DNA of 26,742 bases from a virus (lineage: Duplodnaviria; Caudoviricetes), in IMG/VR virus record IMGVR_UViG_3300014160_000015, positions 1-26,742 of that record. One strand, given 5' to 3'. The notes under the pieces are model-generated. The model did not search any database, was not told the DNA's origin, and worked only from the letters and a program-made list of their open reading frames with translations. Below, in pieces: positions 7,380 through 15,829 of the stretch. The translations under genes and the position numbers were made by a program. How positions within the stretch are numbered: the first letter of the stretch is position 1; every line of letters starts with the position of its first letter.

Positions 7380-10046
7380 TTAGACCGCGACCGGTGTACA
7401 GATCGTATCGGCCGTGCGGATGGCCGCCACGGTCAGACCCGTGCTGCCCACGGTGGTCGATTGCTCGAAGGGCGTAATGCTGTCGTAGTGCCGGACCCGG
7501 ACCAAGACCGAGAAGTTCAAATTGGCACCATAGATCAGCGTGTTGGACGCCGAGGTTCCGGTGGTGATGTAGCTGTCGATGATCGGCACGTAGAGCGTGT
7601 CGCCTTCGGCATTGGTGTAGGTCGTAACGAGCACGTTGAACTTGACGGCGTTCCCCGCCGCCCAGTTCGCAGTGGAACCGGACTTCGTGCGAACCGTAAT
7701 GCTGGTCGTGCTGGCTATCCCGATAACGTAGCCGTAGTCATTGGTGGTCGTATTGAGCACCATGTCCCCGACTTGCACCGTGGTGTCGATGGCCGAGCCC
7801 AGGGTGATCGTCAGCGCGTTGCCGCTGTCCACCGCGCTGCTGCTGACCGTATTGGCCGCCGTCGTCGCCAGCGTGAAGGTCGAGCCCGTCCAACTCGCAT
7901 AGCGGTAACGATGCTCTTCGCTGATCCCACCGCCGTCTTGCTTGACGACCCGGACGAAACCGGCCTGCGGCTCGTCCGCGTTAAGGGCCGTTGCGGAGAC
8001 GACCGACGTGGCGGCAGCCACTAGCGAACCGCCGATAGCGTAGGCCGACTTGTTGATCGTGCCACTGCTCGTCCGGTAGACGCCCGTGGAGTCGCCGACC
8101 AAGAGGCCGGTGATGGAAACCGTAACAAGGTCAGGAGGAATCTGCACGGAGCCGTCGTTGGCCGTCAACTGGTAGTTCTGCGTGTCCGCCACCAGATAGT
8201 TGATCGGATAGATGCCGGCGGCAAAGAAGAACTTACCGCCTGCGAACGTGCCAAAGGGGTCCGTCTGGACCGGCGTGACGGCGGAAACATTCGTGCCGGA
8301 GTCGGTCGAGTTCGTGCCGTCCGTGACGACTCCCATGCCGAACGAGCCACGGCTGTTTCGCAGCACGATGATCTTGTCCGTCGTATCGCACGTCACCACG
8401 ACTCCCGAAGCGCCTGTGGCTTGCTGGTAAATCCTGGTGCCGGCGGCAAAGGTTCCCGGCGTCAGCGTGTTGTACGTGAGCCGGTTGTCGATGCCGATAT
8501 ACTGCTCGCCGGTGATGCCCAGTGTATTGCTCGTCGTTGTATTCCCGCGACGGGTGAGGTACTTGGTCCACTCGTAGACCGCCGAAAGCGAATTGCTCTT
8601 GCAGTCCAACTGAATCGAATAGGGCTTCGCGCCGTTGCCGTTGGAAATGTCGTTTTCGTAGCCGGCGACGGCATAGGAGACCACAGGGGCAGTCGCCAAG
8701 GTGGCCGGATTCCCCGTTGCCGGATTGTTGACCGGAGCACCCGCCGTGCCCGTCGCGCCGCTGACGGCACCTTTGAGTGCATCGCTGGCGGCAAAGTCGG
8801 TCATCTTTCCCAGCAGGCTGTAGGTCACAGTCTGTGCCCCGGCCACGCCGCTCACGGCCGTGACGAGGCCCTTCTTCGTGTAGGCGGCCAAGGTGGTGCC
8901 GACGTACATGGTCTCGCCGGTGCCGAAAGAGCCGGTGCCTGCGGAGACCGTCAACTGCCGAAGACCGGTGGGGTTGTTCAGGTCGCTGCCGGTGGCCAAC
9001 GGAATCGGGTTACGACCACCGCTGAGCAACTGCACGCTGAAATAGCCGTAAGTCTCGTTGTACTCGCGGGGATAGACCGTGACGTAGCCGGCGTCGATGA
9101 CGTTGCTGGTCAAAGCCACGCCGCTGGCCGTCGCCGTCGCCGCTTGGCTAATCGTGATCGAACTGATCGAGTTGATGGCGGTAATCGTGGTCGCGGGCAG
9201 GATGCCGGCACCGGAGATCGACTGGCCGACCACCAGACCGATGGTATTGGGACTGATCGAATCCACCGTCGTCGTCGTGTGCGTGCTGCCGGTTATCAGG
9301 GTGCCGGAAGGGGACTTCACCTTGACGAGGATGTCGATTTGCCCGGTTGACCACCAGGGGTAGGACGCCGGAGCGCCGCTCGCCCAGCCGACGATCTTCG
9401 AGCCGTTCTGGTAGACGTACAAGTCCGTGACTTGATTGTTTCCCGTGTCTACCGCCAACGTGCCCAGGGAGTAGATGTTGGACCACAGACACTCGCTACT
9501 GTAGGCCCCGGTCGTCACGGCCGTATGGCTGTTGCAGGTGAGTGTCGCGCCGACCGTGGCAAAGTTATTGGCCGAGGTCGAGTCGGCAGGGCGGACGTAC
9601 AAGGTCGTGGCCGCGCCGCTGATCTGCACGTCGAGCAGCACGCCGCTCGATCCGTCGCTGCTGGTAATCGTGTTGCCGATGTCGCCATAGACCACGGTGC
9701 CCGTGGTGCAGAGCAACTGCATGATGCCGGCCTGCGTGCCCGCGATCCGCGTCCACTTGCTCGTCGAGATCGCACCACCCTGCAAGTGCTGGGTCGTGGC
9801 GTCGTCGATGAACCAGGGAATCGTGTCGGACGGGTCGATGCAGCCAATCGTATAGGCGGTCGGCGTCTGCGCCGACATGGCCACGGGGCTGACCAACTGG
9901 GCCGGTTCGTCGAACAACTCTTGCAGCGCGGAGTACAACTGGTTCACCGTGTAGGTGTTCGTTGTCCCGCTCCACGCAATCTGCTTGCGGTTGTTGTCCG
10001 TCGAGTAGTAAACGGTGAAGTCACCGTTGAGTATCGTGCTGGACAT
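7380..10046 (-). CDS. Large Thr/Gly/Ser-rich beta-structured virion protein (fibre/spike-like), ~888 aa
   Basis: ATG 10046 with AGGGTG upstream. Few charged residues. Recurrent small beta modules (FGTGETMYVG..KKGLV, FAAGTRIYQQATGASGVV, GLVVGQSISGAGILPATTITAINS). Confidence 0.75.
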   Translation of the reverse strand: MSSTILNGDFTVYYSTDNNRKQIAWSGTTNTYTVNQLYSALQELFDEPAQLVSPVAMSAQTPTAYTIGCIDPSDTIPWFIDDATTQHLQGGAISTSKWTRIAGTQAGIMQLLCTTGTVVYGDIGNTITSSDGSSGVLLDVQISGAATTLYVRPADSTSANNFATVGATLTCNSHTAVTTGAYSSECLWSNIYSLGTLAVDTGNNQVTDLYVYQNGSKIVGWASGAPASYPWWSTGQIDILVKVKSPSGTLITGSTHTTTTVDSISPNTIGLVVGQSISGAGILPATTITAINSISSITISQAATATASGVALTSNVIDAGYVTVYPREYNETYGYFSVQLLSGGRNPIPLATGSDLNNPTGLRQLTVSAGTGSFGTGETMYVGTTLAAYTKKGLVTAVSGVAGAQTVTYSLLGKMTDFAASDALKGAVSGATGTAGAPVNNPATGNPATLATAPVVSYAVAGYENDISNGNGAKPYSIQLDCKSNSLSAVYEWTKYLTRRGNTTTSNTLGITGEQYIGIDNRLTYNTLTPGTFAAGTRIYQQATGASGVVVTCDTTDKIIVLRNSRGSFGMGVVTDGTNSTDSGTNVSAVTPVQTDPFGTFAGGKFFFAAGIYPINYLVADTQNYQLTANDGSVQIPPDLVTVSITGLLVGDSTGVYRTSSGTINKSAYAIGGSLVAAATSVVSATALNADEPQAGFVRVVKQDGGGISEEHRYRYASWTGSTFTLATTAANTVSSSAVDSGNALTITLGSAIDTTVQVGDMVLNTTTNDYGYVIGIASTTSITVRTKSGSTANWAAGNAVKFNVLVTTYTNAEGDTLYVPIIDSYITTGTSASNTLIYGANLNFSVLVRVRHYDSITPFEQSTTVGSTGLTVAAIRTADTICTPVAV

Positions 10047-10069
10047 GGAATTCACCCTTTACTGATGTG

Positions 10070-13000
10070 TTAGAACGCCGTGCTGGCAATCGTGTCGAGC
10101 ACTTGCGAGACATAGATCGAGGGACCGGCGTAACTCAGCACACCCAGCGCCAGGGACGTGGCCCCGGTCGTCGTGAGCGTGCTCTGCGTTTCAAATTCCT
10201 GGTATTTCGTCGCTACACCCGTTGTTCCATTCAGGGGGTCGTTGGTCGTGCCTTGGGAGCAGCGAATCCGAACGATCACGTTTTGGCTGTAGGTTGTCAG
10301 CGAAGAGAGAGAGCCGGTAAGAGGGATGGAGGCCACAATAGTTGAGGAGGCCGCAACACCCGAGGCAAGCACCGCGCTCGGTGAATTTGCCTCCACAATG
10401 GTCCACAGTGAACCGGGAACAACATTGTTCAGCGTGACAGTTACAAACGCGGTCGGATACTGCGTCTGCTGGGCCGCGCTGGTGGTCACAAGGGGGAGGG
10501 TGTAAGTGTGAAGGGTCTGCGTCGTGCCGTTGATAAGGCAAGTCGCCTTGAGCATCAACTTGATGCCATTAGTGGCCATTCCGGCGGGCAGGTGATTGTT
10601 TTCCTGCGGCGTGTGGCTGAAGGTCAGCGATGTCGATGCCGTGCCGCTGTTGTTGTTCGTGCAGGTGATCTGCGTCGAGCTATTGATCGTCTTGACCGTG
10701 TTGCCCGCCGAGATTCCCGTGCCAAAAACGTAGTCGCCGACCTTGATGTTGGCCGTGGTATTCAATCCGGTCCCGGCGAAGTTTATGACCCCGCTAGAAC
10801 TGGAAGGCGTCCCGGTGACGTAGACCGCAGCGGTGGCATAGCTGCCGGCCGTCCACGTTCCCGCCTGATCCGAACCAAAACCGAGGCCGTCATTCTTGTC
10901 CCATTGGTATTGGAGCAAGGTGCCGCTGTAAGTCCCGGTCGCGGTCGCCGCCGCAGTGGCAAAGCCCGTGTAGCCCAAGAGGTAAAAGGGCCACGTCCAG
11001 GCGGCGTAATCGCCGAGGGTGGACATACTGAGGCTACCGCCACTGAAAATCGACCCAGGCGAAAAACTGGTCGTAACGTACTGGGACGTGACGCCTGTGA
11101 CGGGGTAAGTGAAACAGACCCCTGCCAGGCCGGTGGTGCTAGACGTGAAGTAGTCATAGAAATGCGAACCACGCTGGCCGGCTGCCGGCGGCACTGTAAC
11201 ACCGCTTGACGTGTAGCATCCTTTGGCGATGGCCAGCAGGCACGACAGATCGAAGGTGGCCGTCGCCCCCGTGTCCCACACGTTCACAAGACCAAAGTTC
11301 ATGTCCGCCGTGGTGTTGGCGTAGAAAAGACTCGTCAGGCCGTTTAGGTAAACATCCTGAAAGAGAAAATTCAAATTGCCGCCGCTATCGTAAAACAGAT
11401 ACTTCGTCGGATTCACCGTGCCTACGGAAAGCGGGCTGGTGGGTGATCCGATACCGGCGATAGTGACATTGTTCGTCGTTCCGAGGGAGAACAGGGAATA
11501 GCACGGCTGGGTATTTGCCAGCGGGATGTTCAGACCGATGACGGACAGGTTCGAGCCTGTCAGGGCGATACCAACGCTGCCCGACTGATAATACGAGGGT
11601 GTCGTGCCGACAATGAGGCTAATAAATGTCGTATTGTAGATCGACACGTTCTGACCGCTGCAACTGATCGAGCCACCAATGAGCGTGGTGTTCGTGAGAG
11701 TCGCGCCAAAGATATTGGCCATAGCCAGCGCATTGCTCGCGGCGAGGCCGGTCGCCAGGTAATTTACGAATGCACAGTTGGTAAGCGCCAGTCCCGTGAT
11801 GGCTGAAAAGCTCACCAGGTTGGTCGTTGAAAGCGCTCCAAAGACCGTCAGGCCAGTGGCATTAAAACCGAACAACTCCGTGTTCGCCGCAAAGTTATAG
11901 CCGCCCGACAGTGCGAACAACTGCGTGACCTGCACCATGTTCAATACGGGCGCAGTAAAATGTCCGCTAAGCGAAAGGACGTTCGAGAAGCCGGTGTTGG
12001 CGAGCGAAATACTGTAGCAGCCGCCGAGGCCGTTTGCCCAGTTGGACTGCACGATGGAGTAACTCAAGTTACCGGACGTGCTGACGCCAGCGCCAGCGCC
12101 CGTTAGAGTTGTCTCATTGACAGCGTAGCCGACCGTCGAATCCGTGGTGCCGAGAACGACGTTCGGGACGCGGATGATTGAGCCGGCGGGAACAAGGTAG
12201 CCGCCGTAGGCCGCTCCCGTGACACCGCCGCCCAGCGTTAGCAGGCCGGATGGGCTGATCCACACGACCTTGCCTCGGGCCGCTTCGGGTCCGGCCTGGG
12301 CCGTGCCGCCGAGATAGGCATTGGGATACCACTCGAAAGCGCCTCCCACGCCGGTATTGATTTGCACACCGGAGTAGAAGGTATTGGTGACGCTCGCCGG
12401 CAATTGAATTGTCTGCCCGGCGACCCCTGTGCTCGTAATCGGTGTGCCGTTGGTGCCGATAGGCTGAAACCAAGCACCGCCGACCGAGATCAGCGTGCCG
12501 ATAACGCCGACGTGGGTGACGTTCACGCTGACGACTTCAATCCAGCCCTGCACATCGGCGGCGCTGGGTGTGCAAGTGAAGGTCGTGCCGCTGATCGACA
12601 GGGTGCCGTTCGTGGACGTGAAGCCGCCCGTGACCGTCGTGCTGGTCCCAGGCGTGGCACCGCCGGTTTCGTACTTGACCTTGATGAAGCCGCTCGATGG
12701 GAAGGCGCTTCCGGCGGCGACGGGTGGCGATGCAAGATTCGCCCACACCCCGAGGAAGCACGCCGAGACCTGGTTGGAGCCGCTGCCCTGTGTCACCGTA
12801 GGATACGCCGTCGCCCCTGTCGGCGTGGCAGGAACCGTACCGGCGACAGCGATCGACGAATAAGGAATTAGACGGACTTGTGTGCCGTCAACGGTCAGGT
12901 TTCCGGTGCTGGCCAGCGTGATAATGCCGAAAGGCCCGGTCGCCGTCGTGGCGTTTCTTGAATATCGGGTGTCCGAGTCGATGGTCAGGGTTCCGACATT

Positions 13001-13087
13001 GACGGCGTAAGTATCGTTGCCCGCCTTCGCCGTGGGAGTGTAGAGGGTGTCGATATTCGCACTGCTTGAGACGGTGAATGCAGTCAT
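10070..13087 (-). CDS. Large fibre/spike-like virion protein with a probable beta-helix core, 1005 aa
   Basis: T/G/S-rich. The central region has Asn-ladder-like repeats (GLALTNCAF, GATLTNTTL, NVSIYNTTF, NLSVIGLNI, NNVTIAGI, NFLFQDVYL) typical of right-handed beta-helices. Confidence 0.75.
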   Translation of the reverse strand: MTAFTVSSSANIDTLYTPTAKAGNDTYAVNVGTLTIDSDTRYSRNATTATGPFGIITLASTGNLTVDGTQVRLIPYSSIAVAGTVPATPTGATAYPTVTQGSGSNQVSACFLGVWANLASPPVAAGSAFPSSGFIKVKYETGGATPGTSTTVTGGFTSTNGTLSISGTTFTCTPSAADVQGWIEVVSVNVTHVGVIGTLISVGGAWFQPIGTNGTPITSTGVAGQTIQLPASVTNTFYSGVQINTGVGGAFEWYPNAYLGGTAQAGPEAARGKVVWISPSGLLTLGGGVTGAAYGGYLVPAGSIIRVPNVVLGTTDSTVGYAVNETTLTGAGAGVSTSGNLSYSIVQSNWANGLGGCYSISLANTGFSNVLSLSGHFTAPVLNMVQVTQLFALSGGYNFAANTELFGFNATGLTVFGALSTTNLVSFSAITGLALTNCAFVNYLATGLAASNALAMANIFGATLTNTTLIGGSISCSGQNVSIYNTTFISLIVGTTPSYYQSGSVGIALTGSNLSVIGLNIPLANTQPCYSLFSLGTTNNVTIAGIGSPTSPLSVGTVNPTKYLFYDSGGNLNFLFQDVYLNGLTSLFYANTTADMNFGLVNVWDTGATATFDLSCLLAIAKGCYTSSGVTVPPAAGQRGSHFYDYFTSSTTGLAGVCFTYPVTGVTSQYVTTSFSPGSIFSGGSLSMSTLGDYAAWTWPFYLLGYTGFATAAATATGTYSGTLLQYQWDKNDGLGFGSDQAGTWTAGSYATAAVYVTGTPSSSSGVINFAGTGLNTTANIKVGDYVFGTGISAGNTVKTINSSTQITCTNNNSGTASTSLTFSHTPQENNHLPAGMATNGIKLMLKATCLINGTTQTLHTYTLPLVTTSAAQQTQYPTAFVTVTLNNVVPGSLWTIVEANSPSAVLASGVAASSTIVASIPLTGSLSSLTTYSQNVIVRIRCSQGTTNDPLNGTTGVATKYQEFETQSTLTTTGATSLALGVLSYAGPSIYVSQVLDTIASTAF

Positions 13088-13201
13088 AAAGCACCCTAAG
13101 TTACGTGACAGACCCGGAGGATATAATGACGCCGACGGTTAGGTCGCCTGCATCGACATAGATGGCAGGGCTTGAAACTCCCCTAGTTGCTCAGGTGCTT
13201 G

Positions 13202-13492
13202 TTAGGTTGCAATCCAGGAATAGCCTTGGCCGTTCGCGCTGCCGACAAGGAAGACCTTGCAGAGGTTGTCCACGTAGATCGGCGGGGTCGTCTCCCCCTT
13301 GCCCAGGATGTAGCCCTCGGCTGCATCCTGGGGCGTGTTGCCAATGAGGATGACCCCCGTGTTCGAGCCATTGGCCCGAATGACGAGGTTCTTGCGAACC
13401 ATCGCCATACCGAGCGGCTGGGGCGTCGTATCGACCGAGCCGCTGCCCGTCTCGAAAGACGGCAGAGCCACGTCGGTGACTTGGGTAATCAT
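13202..13492 (-). CDS. Small beta-rich structural protein; paralog of 6123-6443
   Basis: 96 aa with LVIRA...NTGVILIG...GYIL.KG...IYVDN...VFLVG...Q.YSW. Starts 11 nt after the portal stop, with a purine-rich SD-like run (GGGAAGAG) upstream. Confidence 0.65.
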   Translation of the reverse strand: MITQVTDVALPSFETGSGSVDTTPQPLGMAMVRKNLVIRANGSNTGVILIGNTPQDAAEGYILGKGETTPPIYVDNLCKVFLVGSANGQGYSWIAT

Positions 13493-13503
13493 CTTGACTC
13501 TCC

Positions 13504-15330
13504 CTACTCGGCCTGGTTGTTCTGGCCCTTGCCCCGGACCTTGGGCTGCTTGCTGTCGTCCAGGGTGTTGTCCTGCGTAACAGTCTTCTCGTTGGTCCCG
13601 GCATTGTTCGGGTCCGTCGAGAGGTCGGGCACGCCTCGTGCGGCCGGGTCGGTCCCGGCCATATTCGGCTGGCCTTGCTTGCCGATCCCTCCGGCGACCT
13701 TGACCTGGGCCTGAAGCACGCGAACCGCACGCTCGGCGTGGTCTTTCCTGGCTTGCAGATATTCGTCGTCGTCGAAGCCCAGGGCGATGGAGGCCGTTTT
13801 CTCACCGCAGATGCCGTTGATGACGGACTGGATGATCGTATTCCAATCGCTCGTGGTGTACGGGGCGGCGTCGATTTCCTTGTTGATGGATTCGAGGTCG
13901 TCCACACTGATTTTGCCGCCCAGAAGGGCCAGCACGATGCACTTGGCCAACTCGCGCTTGATCTTGCGACCAGGAATGGTCATCATCAGCTTTACGAGGT
14001 CTTGGGCCTCGTCGATGCGGTCGGCGTCGGTGCGGAGGTTGTAAACGTCGGGGTACTTGATCGTGGCGATCTGCCGGTTGACCACGTTCCGCTCTTCGTA
14101 GGCGGCCCAGTGTTCGGCGACTTGCCGTTCGGCGTTTTCCAGTACCAGACCGATGAAGGACAGACCGGCCTCAAGGCCCTGGTTGTCCATCGCTTTGGAC
14201 TCAGCCGACTTGCTGGCGAGACTGGCCACGGAAAGGTTGACCAACTGGCGAATCTCGTCGCCCAGCTTGCCTTGCAACTCCATCGACGCGCGGAGCGGAT
14301 CGGAGGGAGGGGCGATGAAGCTGGGAGCGTTGAGGCCCTTGTCGTAGGAGCGGCCGTGCGTGGCACCAACAGTAATGTCGGTGTCGCCGCTGGGCTGCCC
14401 ACCGGCGGTGGCCGTGCCGTCCGTTGCGGCCGGCTTCAAGTGGGCACCGCTGGCGCGCAAGTCGCGCTGCTCGACGTAGAAGGGGAAGTTCGACTTCAGG
14501 GCGTAGTTCACGTCGCTGGACCCGAGGTTCAGCAAGGCGATCTGGTGGTTCACCACATCCTTAATCATCGAGTCCCCGATGTCGAGGAGCACGAAGGGGA
14601 TGCGGCGAAGTTCCAACTCAATGACGCCGCCCGGATGTCCGTCGCGGTCCACCGGGTTGCCGTCCGTGTCGAGGAATTGCAGGTTGACGAAGCCCGTGTC
14701 GCGGTTGATCCACAACATGCGGAAGCGCTCCACGGTCGTCGTGGGGAGGTAGGTCCGCTGGTCAAAATTGAGCACTACGTCCCGCAGCAGAATGGCTTGA
14801 AACTCGGAGGGTTCCTCCGGCTTGGAGCACGTCCAACTGAGAATGTCTTCGATGGGATAGTAGTACAGATACGGCCGCTGTTCCTGTGCCTGGGCAAGGG
14901 TCACTTCCCCGGTAAGAGCCGGGGCATCGACGAAGACGCCGACACGACCCATAATCAGCAAGTCGGTGAGAACCTTGACGCCGAGAAAGGCGTTCATGTT
15001 CAGGCCGCGCTTGTCCACACCCAAGTTCAAGCCGGCGACTGCCGACTGGTAGGAAGCAGAGCCGCCACGTCGCGTGATGTCGCGCATCCGTTGGAAGATG
15101 CTGTTGCGGACATCGTTGATCGCCAGTCGCGCGAACGCCGGGATGGGCGTCATTTCGAGGCGGTCGTTGAAGTCCTGATCGTCTTCACGCTTAGAAAACT
15201 TCTTCAGGTACAACTTGCGGAAGTATTCGCCGCCGTTGTAGGTGATCCTCCACTTTCTCCAATCAAGCAAGCTGCTCAAGTAGGAGGGATGGCGAACCTC
15301 CACTATATTGGTGATATATTCTACTACCAA
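13504..15330 (-). CDS. Portal protein
   Basis: 608 aa, TTG start with GAGGAG SD. Contains HPSY...W..W...Y.GG...YL..FSKRE...F..RL, GRVGVFVD, RPYLYYY..EDILSW and IPFV, plus a disordered C-terminal tail. Located downstream of terL. Confidence 0.85.
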   Translation of the reverse strand: MVVEYITNIVEVRHPSYLSSLLDWRKWRITYNGGEYFRKLYLKKFSKREDDQDFNDRLEMTPIPAFARLAINDVRNSIFQRMRDITRRGGSASYQSAVAGLNLGVDKRGLNMNAFLGVKVLTDLLIMGRVGVFVDAPALTGEVTLAQAQEQRPYLYYYPIEDILSWTCSKPEEPSEFQAILLRDVVLNFDQRTYLPTTTVERFRMLWINRDTGFVNLQFLDTDGNPVDRDGHPGGVIELELRRIPFVLLDIGDSMIKDVVNHQIALLNLGSSDVNYALKSNFPFYVEQRDLRASGAHLKPAATDGTATAGGQPSGDTDITVGATHGRSYDKGLNAPSFIAPPSDPLRASMELQGKLGDEIRQLVNLSVASLASKSAESKAMDNQGLEAGLSFIGLVLENAERQVAEHWAAYEERNVVNRQIATIKYPDVYNLRTDADRIDEAQDLVKLMMTIPGRKIKRELAKCIVLALLGGKISVDDLESINKEIDAAPYTTSDWNTIIQSVINGICGEKTASIALGFDDDEYLQARKDHAERAVRVLQAQVKVAGGIGKQGQPNMAGTDPAARGVPDLSTDPNNAGTNEKTVTQDNTLDDSKQPKVRGKGQNNQAE

Positions 15331-15387
15331 TGTGTGGCTCCTCGTGCTAGGGCTCTCAAATAGCGACTGCTTATTTCGAGCCGGGTC

Positions 15388-15543
15388 TTATTGGTTCGCT
15401 TCGTGGAAAGATCGTAGGTAACTTGCTGCTTTGTCGAGGCTCTCGGGCTCGCTGAAGCAGCCGATTCCGACATTGCATCGCTCGCACAAGAGTCCGCGTA
15501 CTTGACCAGTTACATGGTCATGGTCAACGTGGAAGACTGTCAC
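15388..15543 (-). pseudogene. Truncated Endonuclease VII-type HNH homing endonuclease remnant
   Basis: Not in the ORF track. Manual translation: VTVFHVDHDHVTGQVRGLLCERCNVGIGCFSEPESLDKAASYLRSFHEANQ*, matching the Endo VII motif VDHDHxTGxVRGLLCxxCNxGxG...L..A..YL. An in-frame TAG at 15547-15549 removes the N-terminal CxxC half. Confidence 0.85.
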
Positions 15544-15566
15544 AAGCTAATGGGTACAGTGAACGA

Positions 15567-15806
15567 TCAGTCGGCGTAGTCACCGAGCAAGCGAGCGAGC
15601 CGTTCGAGGGCGAAGCCTTTGTAGGACGCAAGGCGGTAGAGCACTTCCTTGCACGGGTTGGTGTAGGTGTCGGCCGGGGCGCTGCTGCCGAGGGCCACTT
15701 CCTTGTCGGCCAGGGCCGCCAAGAGCAGATAGGCCACGTCGCAGCCGTTGTCCTGCATGTCACCGTTCAAACCCAACTGTGCGATCACTTTCTGGAAGCA
15801 ATTCAT
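15567..15806 (-). CDS. Hypothetical protein
   Basis: 79 aa, GGAG SD upstream, GC3-rich codons; lies between terL and portal. Confidence 0.6.
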   Translation of the reverse strand: MNCFQKVIAQLGLNGDMQDNGCDVAYLLLAALADKEVALGSSAPADTYTNPCKEVLYRLASYKGFALERLARLLGDYAD

Positions 15807-15829
15807 GTTTCGATCTCCGATTCAAGGGG

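Noticed and set aside
13101-13190. Short - strand frame ...SPAIYVDAGDLTVGVIISSGSVT* resembling the IIDAGTIT repeat of 3166-3423
   Set aside because: No canonical start codon in frame, and the similarity is too short to support.
13675-15363. 562-aa + strand ORF (likewise 3441-4610, 4655-6058, 8421-9350, 18461-19528)
   Set aside because: Shadow ORFs expected opposite GC3-rich genes; no motifs and no SD support.
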